Shown here: positions 11,221 through 26,931 of the stretch, piece after piece | Layout: the number at the start of each line of letters is the position of its first letter | Position numbering within the stretch: position 1 is the stretch's first letter | Made by a program: the position numbers and the translations under genes | From: Octopus vulgaris | Taxonomy: Eukaryota | Assembly (NCBI GenBank): GCA_951406725.2 | Contig: OX597819.1 | Span: 88,102,001 to 88,166,000, forward strand | DNA length: 64,000 nt | Direction of reading: 5' to 3' | The notes under the pieces: model-generated | Told to the model about the DNA's origin: nothing | Database searches by the model: none | The model's input: the letters and a program-made list of their open reading frames with translations, nothing else

Positions 11221-13448
11221 TTGATGCTTCAGTATTCTATGACTTCAAACAAATAGAATACTGACTTTGTTTTTCAGCCTTCTAGAGTAATATATCCCTT
11301 CCTCAGCCCAACTAACTTTCTATTTAGTCAAAAGAAACCATAGCTCATAACTCCCACAGTAGTTTTAATCCTATAAGAAATACACAGAACATTTTCAATG
11401 TGAGCACAAGCAGCCATGACATGCTATAATTCATATACTAACATCCACAGAACTAACAATACCTATATACACAGTTTCATGTTTTTATTTATATTCCTCT
11501 ATTCTCAATTGTATACAATGAAGATTATACCTCTATGAATTATTATTATTATTTTTTTTTGTTGTTTCCTCTATTTTTATACTAATTTCTATATTCTCAT
11601 TATGTGTACAGACTGTTTGCTACATGCCTTGTTAGAAAACAATATGCACTTTCAAAGCACAAATTTGGTAAATTTATACAGATCATATACTATTAAGATA
11701 GTAGAAGCAAAATCTCGTTAACAAATACCTCATTGCTAGCTATGTTGAGTCAAGTACTTTGTACTTGATGCTACTAATAGAACATAATGCTATTAATTGG
11801 ATTATTAGAAGTGAAATGGCCGAGTAGATATGATACAGGGCTATCGCCTCAGATCTTGAGTTTAAATGCGCAGCAGGTATTTCATTGTACATTTAATTTG
11901 TGCACTTAAGTCTACGTATGTCAGCTCTTCCACTAGTTTGAGGATTATGAAGTCACTCAACCTGCTAGAAATAGCAACTGAATCTCTCGCAAATCACAAA
12001 AAAGTGAAGATGTGCAGTTCCGGACACATACCTTAAGCAAAGAAAGAATGGTCACGACTGGAATGTTTGGCCACAGGTCTGAACAACAACAACATAAAAA
12101 GGACACATTAGTTAATTTGATCCAAGTGTGCCATAACTGAAAAAAATCGGATAGTCATGGTTGGAATGTCCCTTGATCATAAGTCTGCTAGATCGGAGTA
12201 GAGCTGCATTGAAACAATGAATGGATTTAAATAGGGTAGATTATATGCTTCTTTTTAAAAGAAAATGACACAAAACATTAATATTGACCCTGAAGAGTAT
12301 TTCCATTATTTTACAGTGTCACATTGAAGATCTTGCAGAAGATTCCATCTGCCTTATTCACTCACCATCACTACTACTATCTCTACACATTATATTCAGA
12401 AGTGTTTAACATAGCAGAGTCCTTACTTCTTTTCATTATATATACATGGTGTGATTTGGAATGATCAGATATAAATGGAACACTTGGTCAATTACAACTG
12501 TTTCTTTCACTTCCTACAGCAGTAAAAAGTGCATCTCCTCATGGTACTTATTTATAGTTAGATAAGCTGAGCCAGCAAATTGTAAAGTTGCTAAGTTATG
12601 GACATTGCACAAATCTAGTGTGAGGGAGTAGTTAAAGAAAAAAAAAATTCTCACACTTCAGCCAGTATTCCTACACTTTATCAATTCAGCCAATGATACA
12701 CTTGTATAAAATATGGGGATGTTGCTGCTTCTGCTACATAAACTAAGAACAATGAAAATCTCATTCTATAAAGGTTGTTATGTTTGTTTGTTATCTTTTT
12801 GTCTTTTGCATTTTTCAAATTTTTATATATATATATATATTTGTGCTGAACGGAAAACAAAACAAATTGAAAGTAAAAAAAAAAAAAGATTAAAATGAAA
12901 AGAAAAAAAAATACTAAACACAACACAACATAGTCCCACTCACAAATTATTATTACAACTTTAAACCACCATTTTACCATTCATTTTCTCCCACTCACTC
13001 AGTCAGTCACTCTTGCAGAAATGAAAGAAATCAATATTCCTTATTATCATGCAGCTAAGCAACTGAAGTGGACCCAAAACATGTCTTAACAGGCATTTTG
13101 CCAAGCCAATAAATAAATGAATAAATAAAATAAAGCACTTATCTGGTAGATTTGAATTAAAGCAAAGTGAAAAAAAAGAAGAGAAAAATACCAATATCAT
13201 CATCATCACCATTGTCATCATTATTCTCACCATCGCCATTATTATTATTATTATAATTATCATCTTCAAGAACAACAAAAACTGTGCTTTTAATAGACTT
13301 TTGCATATCCAATAGAAATTGGCATTTGTGCTGGTGGCAATCTATCGCAAAAGCGACATGATCATACTGTGGTGTGAATTAACATTATGGTTTTGGTGCC
13401 AACTAAGAAGGTAATTCTCAAACAGGTGTATACATGTGTCTGTATTAC

Positions 13449-13494
<46 letters not shown>

Positions 13495-14441
13495 CATACA
13501 CACACACACATGTGTGTGTGTGTGTACTATACAAATGTATTTGTGTGTGTGTATTATGCATATAATTACATATGTATGGATTTGTGAATATGCACAGCCC
13601 CCTTTTACTGGTTATTGTTTATCCTGAAGACAACCACTCTCGAACTGACCTACAATCCAAAGTGTCCAAGTCCCTGACCATTTTGTGCTTTGCATATCTA
13701 GGGCTACACTGTCCAATAAGTTCTACTTTCACGACAGAATGATGTAATTGAGGGAAATCTGGTTGCTATTTATAGCAGGCTGATTAATCTGGGATTCACT
13801 ACATTTTTCTTTTTTTATCAAATTCTCTCTCATTAACATAACAGCTTTAGAACATATTTGCAATTAAGAATTCATTTGGGATGCACAAATCTAACAGAGT
13901 ATATGTGAAAACAATTGAAAAATAATTTTAAATTTAGGAAATGGTTTAGAAATGCTTGCATAGAATCACTCACAGACAGGCTCCAGCTGCTGGCCAAGCA
14001 AGCTGCCTCATCTCTCCGCCTTTTCTATGGGTATTATAGTGATCTCTGCTTCTTGCAACTGGCTGGACTCATGCCACCCCCACTCACCTTTAACTTCCTA
14101 TTACACATGTTGTATCCAAACCCACCACAGGAACCTCACTTATCACTATGCCTAGAGCTTCATTTACAGAATGTCAGCCCTTTGGAATTCTTGCCCTTCT
14201 CATCTTTTTCATACAGTTGTTGACTTTTGATGTCTTAAGAAGAACATCAATGGCATCAACCTCACTGGTCTAGGAGGCCCTCTAAAAGCACTGCTATTCT
14301 GCCAGAATCAGCAAGAAAGAAAAATATATGTTAATGATTACATCCATGAGGTGAGAAAAGAAAAAAAAACAGATACATAAGACTGAGTGTGTATGTGTAT
14401 ATAAATAAATGTATGTGTATGTAGATAGATATACACACACA

Positions 14442-14792
14442 CATGGCTGTGTGGTAAAAAGTTTGATTCCCAACCTCATTGGTTCAGGTTCAGTCCTACT
14501 GCATGGCACCTTGGGCGAGTGTCTTCTACAACAGCTTCAAGCAAACCAAAGCCTTGAGTGGATTTGGTAGAAGGAAACTGAAAGAACTCTGCCATTGTGT
14601 GTGTGTGTGTGTATATCTTTGTGTATGACAATCAGTGTTGGAGTGTTTACATACCTGTAACTTAGTGGTTTGGCAAAAGATATCAATAGAATAAGTACCA
14701 GGCTTAAAAGATTAAGTACTGGGGACAATTTGTTAGACTAAAATTCTTTAAGGCAGTGACACAGCATAGCCACAGTCTAATGACTGAAACTG
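14442..14792 (+). mobile_element. tRNA-derived SINE, major family
   Basis: A-box-like TGGCTGTGTGGTAA, B-box-like GGTTCAGTCC, an internal microsatellite and the shared GACTGAAAC tail. Many copies occur in the window. Confidence 0.85.
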
Positions 14793-17700
14793 GATACATA
14801 TATAATAGTAGACTTTACATCAGTTTTGACCGCTTGTTAGATGAACAAAACTACCTAACCATTGTATAACAATGGTAAATGGTTGAGCAATCCATAGTAA
14901 CCTGAGACAGCATCTGATAAAGCAGCTCCTTTGATTTACAAGCACAGCTCACCCAGTCAGTTTCCATTCTACTCCTGTAGAACTCTTTTTCACTCATAAG
15001 ATTCTGGTTGAGCCAAGGCTAAGATAGAAAGCACCTCTTGTGCAGTAAGACTGAAACCAAGGTTTGATAGTTGTAAATTGCATTTCTTAAACATTCAGCC
15101 ATGCCTCTGTGTGCATGTGTGTGTGTGTGCACGCATACGTGTATGCAGATGTGGCTGTGTGGCACCCTGCATAAGTGACTTTTATCATAGCCCCCAGTCA
15201 ACCAAACCCTTGTTATTGGATCTGGTGGATGGAAAGGAAGGGAAGCACCTGGTTGTATATATGTGAAGAGATCCACCTTTCCAGTCTTCTGTGAAAACAT
15301 GTCTGACAATGGGGAAATATTACCTTACTTGGAAACAGTTAGATGTCCTTCTTACAAGGAGCGCATCCAACCATAAAAAAATCTGCCTCAACAAATTCCA
15401 TCTAACCCATACAAGCATGGAAAAGTGGACATTAAAATAATGGCTGCACACACACACATCTGTATTAAATAATGTATGTGTACTGGTATATGGCATGTAT
15501 GCCTGAGTATTTAAATAAGTGTTTGCAAACAAAAGTGAAGGCATGCGAGTGTCACTGGAAAAGTAAAATACAAATACTTTCTAAATGTCCATCAAGGGGC
15601 GATATGCTTAGGGCTACTACTAAGTCTCTTTATTCAAGTGATAAGTTGATGGGAGATGCGTCTCCTCTTAGATATAAGATGATCTATTGCAAATAACATC
15701 TCTAGATAAGTCAGGTTTGTAGGATTTAGTGAATAGCACCCTTAATGAAAAAATTACCTGCTATTTTCTTAGTAATGCAGTCTGCCTGATGATGAAGCAT
15801 GTCTCATGTGGCCCACTCATTGAAAATGGTTGCCTGTGCCTGTCTTAAATGTTACTTATTTCACGCAGTAAATACACCAAGAATTTAAATACTTCTAAAC
15901 AATCTGGAACATTATTCTAAAGAATAGACACTATCAAACAGTCTAGAACCTTGTTCTTGGTATTTGATATGTCAGGTCAACAGAAAATAATTCCAGATCT
16001 AGAACCTTATATCAAACAGTAAACAGAACTAGAGTAACACCAAGAGCAGAAAATTCAGCTTAGGCCATTCGGAAACAATGCTTTTTAGGATATGCAAGAA
16101 TAAAAGGAATAAAGTGAATGTGTGCAAGTGAATACTGGTGGATGTGTGCATGTGAGAGAGAGAAAGACAGAGAAAAGGAGAATGTATACCAGTATTGCTT
16201 CCTGTTTAAGCCACAACAAAGGAGTGAAGTATACAGACCAGAAATGTTAAGGCTGCTCCCCCTGATGAAGAGGATTGGCTTGCAAGAACATTTGTGCCAA
16301 CACCACATAAAAGTACCTGGCACACACTGTAAACTGGCTGGCATTAAGAAGGGCATCCGGTTGTAGAAACCAAGCTAAATCAAACTGGAACCTGGTGCAA
16401 CTGTCCGGCTTACCAGCTCTGATCAAACCATCCAACCCATGCCAGCATGGAAAACGGACATTAAAGGATGATGATTATGATGTGTCAGGCTTATTGTGGA
16501 AACCCAATATCATGTGGCCATGGGGTTAAATATGCTTCACAGTTACAAGTCTATTGTATGCCCTCTTAGGAAAGTATCTTCTATTATAACCTGAGTTGAC
16601 CAACACCTTGTGAGTGGAAACAGGTTGACAATCTGAGATGAAGTCCATCACATAGAGACACATTTTAACACAACATGGCCAGTTAAAAGAACTTGGGTAA
16701 AAAGATAACTTAGCTACTCAGTGAAGGAGATAGATAAGATAAATACCAAACTGAAATAAGTACTAGGGTTGATATATAGGACCAGTACACTTTCAAATGT
16801 CCTCTCCTTTTATTTTTTATTCCTCAGTAAACATGGTCATACAGATAAAAAACTTGCTCTGCAATCAGATGATCTCAGGTTCAGTCTCACTACATGGCAC
16901 TGGGACAAGTGTCTTCTACTGTAGCCCAAGGCTGACCAATGCTTTATGAGTGAATTTGATAAATGGAAACTGTGTAGAAGTTCACACCTTTTATGATAAG
17001 AAAGAATTTTTTTTCTCTACAGTAACTGCAGTGAATTTGCCTTTAGAAGTTGAAATAGGTCATGAAAATATTTTAACTAACCTATAGTTTGCTTATTCCT
17101 AAACACTGCTTGATGCTGATACTGGTGAATATATATATATAATGACTGGTGTTGGTTTGTTTACATCCCCCCTTAGCTAGCATTTTCAACAAAAGAGACC
17201 AATAGAATAAGTACCAGTTATCATCATCATCATCGTTTAACGTCCGTTTTCTGTGCTAGCACGGGTTGGATGGTTCAACCGGGATCTGGGAAGCCAGGAG
17301 GTTGTACCAGGCTCCAGTCTGATCTGGCAGTGTTTCTACAGCTGGATGCCCTTCCTAATGCCAACTACTCCGTGAGTGTAGTGGGTGCTTTTTACGTGTC
17401 ACCGTAAAATAAGCACCGAGCATGATTTGTTCAACTAAACTCTTCAAGATGGTGTCCCAGCATGGCTGCAGCCCAATGAACAGAAACGAGAAAAATAAAA
17501 GAGAAATTGCAGAGAAATTCATCTCCTGTTTATAACAAGTCAAGTAATCTTATAGCGGATCTCTCACTGGTTTCAGTAATCGACAGTAACATATTTAAGT
17601 TGATTCAAAAGACTGTGATTCATCAATAGAAGTGATAATAACATTAAACTTAAATTATTAGTCAGCTTGAATGTCACATATGGTTTGCTTCCATTCTCGT

Positions 17701-19076
17701 TTAAAGTTACTGCTTCACTTCACTCATTATAAATATAATGCTCTTGTGAAAGGCATGAACATCATTAATTCTAATATATTGTTAAGCTCCAATAACTGTT
17801 AGAGACAGTAGTTCTTAGACGACAGTTCATAATAAGAATTACAAAACTATATTATTAGATGACAATCCATAAAAGAAACAAAAGAGATAAATAAATCTCT
17901 GCAACCAACCAGTTTTGTTGGTTGCCATTGGGAAAAAGATATAACATGCGTGTTTGTGTGTATATGAATGTATGAGTGGATTTGTATCTTTGTATGTATG
18001 TGTGAATGGGCACGTACATTTGTATACTGGGTACACTTGCATGTTGTGTATATATATATATATTTTAAGTGAATATATATGTGTGTAAGCTTGGATATAT
18101 GTGTGTGTACATAAGTGAATATGCATGTATATTATGTAAGAGTGGGGACATATGTTGTATGAGTGTGTGGGCATGTGTGAATAAGCACATAAGCCTATGT
18201 GTATGTATGAATGCACATGTGCAATCATTTACCAAGCAACTCTTGATAATTGCAGTCATCTCTATATGAAACCTTTATAATAATAATAATGGTTCTTGTA
18301 TGCATGAGAAACAAAACACACACGATATAAATTGTTATACACTTGAAAGTTGAACTAATGAAGGAGTGTTTTCATGGCTGCATGATCAGTTAGAAACAGC
18401 AGAATAATTTCCCTCAAATCACACACTGCCCTCTTAATTATATCTACAACACTTTTGATCAGAGGTTTTCCAGATCAGGTCAGACCTATGACAATCCCAT
18501 TTTTCTTTATTTTCATTCAGACTATGTACCCTGGACTATATCCACTATACCTCACCTGTTTTGCAGGACAAAAGTGAGGTTTGAACAATTTTTAGCTGCT
18601 ACTTTTAGTAGGTGAAGCTCATATTTTTCACAAGTTTATCATATATCAATAGATAATATATGAATGTTGTTTTTTTTTTAAATTGCTAGTCAGGAGTGTT
18701 GGCAATGCCCATGACACATTGCAAGGTCATGGATATTGCCATTTACTCCTGATAACAAGGAGGAAGGTTTCTTCAAACAGATCCTAGCAACAAAGTAGAT
18801 ACTTCTAAAGGGACCCAATCACAAGATGGTGGTCATATCAAACTGGACAATAGATTAAATCTATCACTTCAGTAGGACACAGCAGAATTGTTTATTTAAC
18901 CACAAGTGGCTGGAACAGATAGAGCAAAGCATCCTATCAGACACTCAAACAATTACATCAGGTCATCACAGTAGACTGGCATATACTGACTCTGGAAAGT
19001 TTTGAACACAAAATGCAAAAAGCCAGAATAAATGCTGAGGTATTTTGTCCAATGCCTAATTATATACAAGTCACTT

Positions 19077-19257
19077 AGGTGGTGAGCTGGCAGAAATGTT
19101 AGCACGCCAGGCAAAATGCTTAGCAGTATTTCATGTCTTCAAGTTCTGAGTTCAAATTCTACCAAGATTGACTTTGCCTTTCATCCTTTCGGGGTTGATA
19201 AATTAAGTACCAGTTGCATACTAAATTTCGGGCCTTGTGCCTAGAGTAGAAAAGAAT
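19077..19257 (+). mobile_element. tRNA-derived SINE, second family (conserved GCCTTTCATCCTTTCGGGGTCGATAAA core)
   Basis: Head GAGCTGGCAGAA...GAGTTCAAATTC plus the conserved central domain. Other copies at 20085-20297(-), 21465-21665(+), 24735-24862(+), 39995-40400(-) and 58150-58365(+). Confidence 0.8.
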
Positions 19258-19269
19258 ATTAAGACACTT

Positions 19270-19470
19270 CAGCCATGTAACCATACACATGCTTCTCTTA
19301 GATTTTTTTTTTTCCCTTCTCCAGACCTTCCCTTTCTCCTCTTTCTAACAAAGAGCCATGCTTGAAATGTTATACACTCACTCTTTTTCCCATCTTATAC
19401 AGAGCATCAAGCTAAAATATTCCATGTGCATGTCTTTTTGACATTTGTTGTTTTGTTATTTTAATTTTTG
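19270..19470 (+). mobile_element. Dispersed Penelope pLTR-like repeat with a decayed minimal hammerhead (copy B)
   Basis: 19345-19372 reads CTAACAA-AGAGC-cat-GCTT-GAAATGTT, consistent with decay of CTGACGA-AGAGC-nat-GCTC-GAAACGTT. Confidence 0.55.
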
Positions 19471-20010
19471 AAGGGTATAGTCAAACAAATCAGCCCCAAT
19501 ACATAGTTTTAAGACTGGCACATATTCTATCAGTCATTTTTGCCAAACTGCTAAGTAATGGGAAAGTAAATAAATCAACCACAGTTGTTAAACAGTGGTG
19601 GGTGACAAATGCAAAGACACACACATATAAATGTGTGTATATGTAGGTGTGTGCATATATCTTAGCTCTTAGATCTTCCAGTACTGTCAACACAATGAGT
19701 AACAACCCTTTTCCGAACATCTCAGTTGCTCGTCTTCCTCCTAGTTTCACTCATGTTGTCTTGGAATGTACTGCACCATAGTATTTAGGTATGTGTGTAT
19801 GTACAAGTAGTATGAATTTTGATTTTCTGTTGCAGCTTCCATATCCACTATTTATACTGTGCCAGTGCCACATTAAAAGCACCCAGCACACATTGTAAAG
19901 TGCTTGGCGCTAGGAAGGGCATCCATCTGTAGAAACCAAGCCAAATCAGAATGGAACCTAGCGCAGCTCTGGTCAAACCGTCCAACCCATGCCAACATGG
20001 AAAATGGACA

Positions 20011-20045
<35 letters not shown>

Positions 20046-21164
20046 GCACATACATACACAACAGGGTTCCACACAATTTCTTATTTTTTTACTGCCTACA
20101 AGGGGATAAACAAGGACAGACAAATGGATCAAGTCAATTATATTGACCCCAGTGTGTAACTGGTACTTATTTAATCGACCCCGAAAGGATGAAAAGCAAA
20201 GTCGACCTTGGTGGAATTTGAACTCAGAATGTAAAGACAGATGAAATACTGTTAAGCATTTCCCCCGGTGTGCTAATGTTTCTGCCAGCTCACCACTTCC
20301 ACACAATTTCTAGCCACCAAATTCACTCACAAGTTAGACTAGCAGTATAGAAGAAGAAAACACATCCCCAAGGAGTCATGCAGTAGGACTGAACCTATAA
20401 CCAGTTGGTTGCGAAGTGAGCTTCTTAACCACACAGCCATGCCTGCACCTGTATACACTTAATATATGTATACATAACAGTAAAGAAGTAAAATTTTCAC
20501 TCGAAAAAAGATAAAGAAAAAAGTCTAGCTTACTTGTGTGATCACATGAATTGCATTAGAGAATAAAAAAACAAAAACAAGAGGAGTAGTATAATAGGTT
20601 TACTGATCTCCTATAAAAAGATATTGATCATGAATAATGAATAGGGAAAATACCTGATTTCCAAGCCAACATTGTATTAAAAAGTAAAAAGTGATCACTC
20701 AAAAGCTGTTAGTGTGAAATTTCTGGTTTTCCTATTTGGTATTTAGGAGGAAATGTTTGGAGTGATATGCCTTGCCAATCAATCAGCCATTTTGGACACA
20801 GGAATAAACAGAACTTTTGCAGAAGAGACAAAATTCGAACAATTTGCTTGGTACCTTAGTAATTGCAAACTTGGGATTACTACATTATATCATGTGCACG
20901 TGTCCATCTGCACACACACAACTACATACACATGCAAAAACATATATATACACACAAACATACACATGGGTGTTTATATATATATATGCATATGTATATA
21001 CACACATAATATAAATATATATATGCTTATGTACAAATGTATATATGTGCACAGATATGCATACACACACATGCATTACATACTTATACATATATATAAC
21101 TATAAGGATATATATGCGTATATATACATATATATATATAAAACATACACATTGACTATATATA

Positions 21165-21211
<47 letters not shown>

Positions 21212-21875
21212 GTGGATTCATGTAAAGCCATATTTAACATGCCCAAACACACTTGGACATGAGAAGACCTGATACTGTAGAAATATTCCCAGGAGAAAAT
21301 CCTTCTCTTAGATGACATGCAAAAACATGTGAATGATGTCACTGGATTATAGGCTGTGTACATCTCTGCAATTTTTTTTTTTTTGGCCTTACCCACAACA
21401 AATGCAAAATCTGTGATTCACAACAGGATAAAAAGGAAATGAGCTTTAATATTAGAACAATGTAAGGCAGCAAGCTGGCAGAATTGTTAGCACACCGGGC
21501 AAAATGCTTAGCAGCATATCATGTCTTTATGTTCTGAGTTCAAAATTCCACCAAGGTTGATTTTATCTTTCATCCTTTCAGGGTTGATAAAATACTGGGT
21601 TTGATATTTATCAATTAGCCCCCTCCACCGAACTTGCTGGCCTTATCTCAAAATTTAAAAACATTATTAGAATAATATACGACATGTTTGTTGTTTTGCA
21701 TAAAGCTTGTTCAAGCTCGAATTAACCAACTAAAGTAACAAGAATAAAATATGTACATGTAAAATCACATTCAATATATTCGAGTACACTTGAACATGAG
21801 AAAACCTTCCACTGCAGAAACAGCCTTGAGTGAAAATGTCCTGAGAGAAAATCCTTCTTTAACATACACATATTC

Positions 21876-22234
21876 TTTTATTCTTTTACTTGTTTCAGTC
21901 ATTTGACTGTGACCATGCTGGAGCACTGCCTTGAGTTTTTAGTTAAAGTAAGCCTAGTAATTATTCTATTGCCAAACCGTTAAGTTACAGGGATGTAAAC
22001 ACACCAACATCGGTTGTCAAGAGTTGGCGGGGGAACAAAGACAGACACATACACATAAATATATACATATATACGGGGGCTTCTTTCGGTTTCCATCTAC
22101 CAAATCCACTCACAAGGCTTTGGTCAGCCCAAGGCTATAGTAGAAGACACTTGCCCAAGGTGCCACACAGTGGGACCGAACCCAGAACCCTGTGGCTGGG
22201 AAGTAAGCTTCTTACCACACAGCCACGCCTGTGC
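21876..22234 (-). mobile_element. tRNA-derived SINE, major family
   Basis: Reverse-complement copy of the family at 14442 and 34750. Confidence 0.88.
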
Positions 22235-22600
22235 ATGGGCCTGATGAAGCCTTCCAGCTTCACAGACCCCAATTGAACCGTCCAACCCATGCTAGCATGG
22301 AGAACGGACGCTAAATGATGATGATGATGATGACACACACACACACAAATACATACACACGTGTGTGTGCATAGGTATATAACCCCAATAAGATGAAGAA
22401 TGAATTTACCATACCTTTACTTTGAGTTACAACTGTTTCAGTGCCAGTCTGTTTTTAACGCCACTACAAGTAAATTATCTCATGTGGAAATCTATGAAAT
22501 ATTTGTACTTCATTACACTCGAGTGGCACTTCAGACCTGCATTACAAGGTGCATTCTACACTTGGAAATGCACTGACCTTCTGCCCAATCAAAGCCCACA

Positions 22601-22639
<39 letters not shown>

Positions 22640-24975
22640 AAGAGACAAAAAGTCGATTACACGTAATTCGTCAATAAATTAACTGATTTATTGTATATAG
22701 ATTCCAAGAATGAGCGAAACCCGTCAAACTGCAGCCACCGGCCCACGGAGGGGCAGGATTTGAACTCAAAGTAACAATCAAGTGTAATAAGAGAAAGAAA
22801 AAGAAAAAGTGGTAATTAAAAATCGTCTAAATAGTAATGGAATAGATACGTTTTACAATGATAAATCAAAGCCCAAAACCAACTTACTAAGAATAGAAAA
22901 TGAAGGAAAACAATAATATAGTAGCAGTGCACATAGCCCAATATTACGTGCTTCTTTGATGAAGTGGCATTCGCGTAAAAGCGCGAGTGCGTGAGTGTCT
23001 ATATGCACGGTGACAAAGGATGGATGAAAAATTCTTATCTCAGATGATTTTTGTGCACAACTCCCCCTTCCGCATGTGTGTGTGTGTGTGGTGAGGTAAT
23101 GTCAGGGAAGATGTCAGGGACCCACTCCATCAGTCTGCAATCGTGTTCTACGTGTTTAAGAAGGATTGCAGGCAGGGAAGGCAGAAGATCGGGCAGGTAG
23201 CAGATTAGGAAAGCAAAAGGCATAAATTACCGTGCTATTAGCTCAACCTAATGAAACATCATATATGCTAAAGAGTGGAAGTGGGAGGTAGGTGCAGCAG
23301 GTGAAATGAAAAAAGGAAAGAAAAGGGCAACAAAAACATTGAAGTGTGTGTGTGTGTGTATGTGTAAGTGTGCATACACATATACATAAGCATATAAGCA
23401 CACACACGCAAGCATATGCATATATGTATATATATACACACACACAAATATATGCATAAACACAGATATGCATACACACACAATTATATGCATATACACA
23501 CAAATATGTGCACACACACACACACACAGACAAACAAATATATGCATATACATATACACAAATATATAGACAATGATTATCATTTGAAGAAGTTTTTTTT
23601 TTCTGTTGGGAGTGGACATAGGAGACAACTTATTTTTCTCATTGTTATTGTATTTTAAATCATTTTCTTGATAGAAACAATATATCCACAATTATCCACC
23701 CACCATCGAAGATTCTACGCTGTCGCGTGTGCTGCTAGGAATAGCAACCAAACGTCTCTAAAACACAGCCAACCAACTTAAAGAAACGAAGGCACATTGG
23801 ATAATGTGGAACTAAATCGATTTTAATAAATAAATAAATAAATACAAGGTATGGACGGAATTGTCACGCCTGTAAAGTCTGTGAGCTATATTACGTCTGC
23901 TTGCTTAAGTCAGGGCTGACTTTAAGATACAATAGCAATCAATCTGAGATTTGATGGCAATGTAACGCAAACGTTCATGCCACGAAAAGTGGACTAAATT
24001 GAAAAAGCATGCGATTCGTGTTTTCGAGTTCAAATTTCAAGAGTAGACTTTGCTTTACCATCCCTCCTAAGGTCAATGAAAAGGGTACCAAATAAGTCAT
24101 GGGATCGATTTAGCAATTGACATAAGCTCTTTCCCCACATTCTACACATAGATAATAATATTGAAAATCAAAAAGGGAAGACGCTAAAATCAATAATACA
24201 AAAAGTACACAAAACTGTTGTTTAGTTCTAGGTCAGCCCTAATCGAGTAAACCTATGATTAAAAGCTTTCAAGCCATTACTATCTCATCTTTTGCATATC
24301 AGACATTACTGCATTGTCCAATGTCCAATGTTTTTGGTTTTGTTTTTCACCTTTTAAGACAGAACGGTTGTGATTTAAGGGAGATTTAGATTTCTACTTT
24401 TAGCAGGTTAGTCAACTACATAGAAATCCCTTCGTTGGCCCAAAATCTAACAATGATGGTCATGAAACTGAGAATATTGATCGTGATTTTTAATTATAAG
24501 ACGACAATAAGCAGAAGTTAAGGCCATTAATATTGAAAATGAGTAGAATCAAGTGGAATCAGCCATCCATTTAGCTTCAAATGAACAAACTTTACATGTA
24601 CTGGATACTCTTTCTCCGGTCTTGTATTTCCAAACAAGCACTTAATCCATAACAATTTCACATTTCACATTTTCTATATTCTAAATGTTTCTGAAACTGT
24701 GTAACATTGCTTAATTGCACCATTTTTAATATTTGCGCAGACTCAGCCGAGGTCGACTTTGCCTTCCATTCTTTCGGGGTCGATAAAATAAGTACCAGTT
24801 GAGGGCTGGAGCGATACCACCCACCACCCGAAATTGTTGGCCTTGTACCAAAAATTGAAACCAAATTTTGTGCAGACTTCCTCCATTACATAAATTGTCA
24901 TTTGCATCGGGATGATGTATTTTGATTTACGCTTTGAGAATATACCTTTGTGTGTGTGTGTGTGTGTGTATGTAC

Positions 24976-25053
<78 letters not shown>

Positions 25054-25995
25054 ATTGCGATAGAAAGGGTGATAAAAGTTGACTAGTAAGAGCAAAAAAT
25101 AAAAGGGGGATTGTTGGTTTTTCAGAAGGTATATACAAAAAAAAATGGGGAAGGTTTTAAAAGGGAAAGGGCACCAACAACTAGGAGTAAATTTATTACA
25201 AAATAAAGAAAAGAATGTCTATGTGGGTGGGTGTGGGTGGTTTGTGATGGGAGTGGAGGGGGAAGCGATGGTGGTGGTGGTGTTGCAATATGTTTGTTGT
25301 CATTTTGGCTTGATCGTTTACGGGTTACAACATTTATCAACTTACTTCCGTGTAGAAAGTAGGGGGGAGAGAGAGACACACACACACACACACATACAAA
25401 TAGACAGACAGAAAGACAACAACAACAACAAAAAAAGAGAGAATGAGAGCCAGAGAGAACTGACTGACAGGCAGAGAGAAGGTGAATGTGAAGAGAGAGA
25501 GAGATTGTTGTATGTTAGAGAAACAGAAGGTGGGGAAGAAAGAGAAAACAAGAGGATGATAATGAGCAGAGAGGGAGAGAAAATTCACATCTGGCAAGTT
25601 TCCACTTGGCAATGAACACGCAATCTAATGTATATATGTATAAGAACAGTTATACATTATATTGCGGCGAGCACAGTATATTTGTCTATATAATATTCAT
25701 ATGCGAAATCTATATATAACTAAAAAGAATATACACCGATATACATTATATATCAGTGTGTACTTGCATATAATACACACGCGCACGCGCAAATGAGAGA
25801 GGAGATAACAGCAAGAGAAGAATTTTTGTTTACCCCTAGGTTAGCGATATCTGAGATTACATTAATGTATCCTTTCCTTTGTAAAATAGCAGTATGAAAT
25901 TTAAGGTAAACTGACCAAACATCTTGAAATTACTCCCTCGTATCGGTGAAGTGCTTGTAGAGACGAACACAAATGCATACATACAGAGATTTTGA

Positions 25996-26050
<55 letters not shown>

Positions 26051-26875
26051 TTCTCAAACCGACAAGGGAACCTCTTACGCGGTCATTCGGCAAGCTAGAA
26101 ATACCAGCCAAATCTTTCTGAAAACCTATCGCCTACTGTCTTAAAGAGAGACGTTGAACAACGTTGTCCCCTAATTATAGAAAAGACGAAATGGTCATGA
26201 CGGGAAAGCTTTTGAACGTAAGTCTCCTCGGTCAACATACATATGGAAAAGCGATTTCGGGAATTTATGGAGTGAATAATAATCGAAGAACCTAACCAAA
26301 CTGCTGTTGACAGGAGATTGACAGACGGTGGAGAGAGCTATGATATTGGTAGTGGTGGATGCGAAATGTAAATGACAAAAATCAAATGTGCGCGTCTATA
26401 TATAAATAAATATATATATATATATATAACAGTATGCTTCAAGAACAAAGAACACCACTATAGTCTAGTCATCGGTAGCGAACTGTGATGCAAAAACAGT
26501 AGCAGTAATTCTAATGCAAGACAACCAACCAAAGTAGCCATATTGTGTGACATCGAGGGGGTGGACAAACCAATTGTGGGGTAGAGAAGCAGAAGCAAGA
26601 AGAGAAAAAGAAAGAGGAGACATAGAGGAGAGAGAAAGCGGGGAGAGGAAAAAATAAAGGGAAGGAGACAGGAATGTCTTAAATTTTTAGATATATTCTT
26701 TGTTTTATCACACCGTAATGTATTCAAATGACACACACATATATATATACTCACACGCACGTGCATGCATGTATGTATACAGATAGACAGAAGATAAGAC
26801 ATTTACATATGGGAGAGGTAAAAACAGACAAAGCAAGAGTTTTGATAGAAAGGGCGGATACATTGTCTGTGTGTA

Positions 26876-26931
<56 letters not shown>

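Noticed and set aside
15800-15842. CTGATGA motif here and near 34230
   Set aside because: Not followed by stem II and GAAA. It is the internal sequence of a hAT-like MITE.
26458-26572. Signal-peptide-like MATLVGCLALELLLLFL ORF on the minus strand
   Set aside because: It reaches a stop codon quickly with no convincing splice donor.
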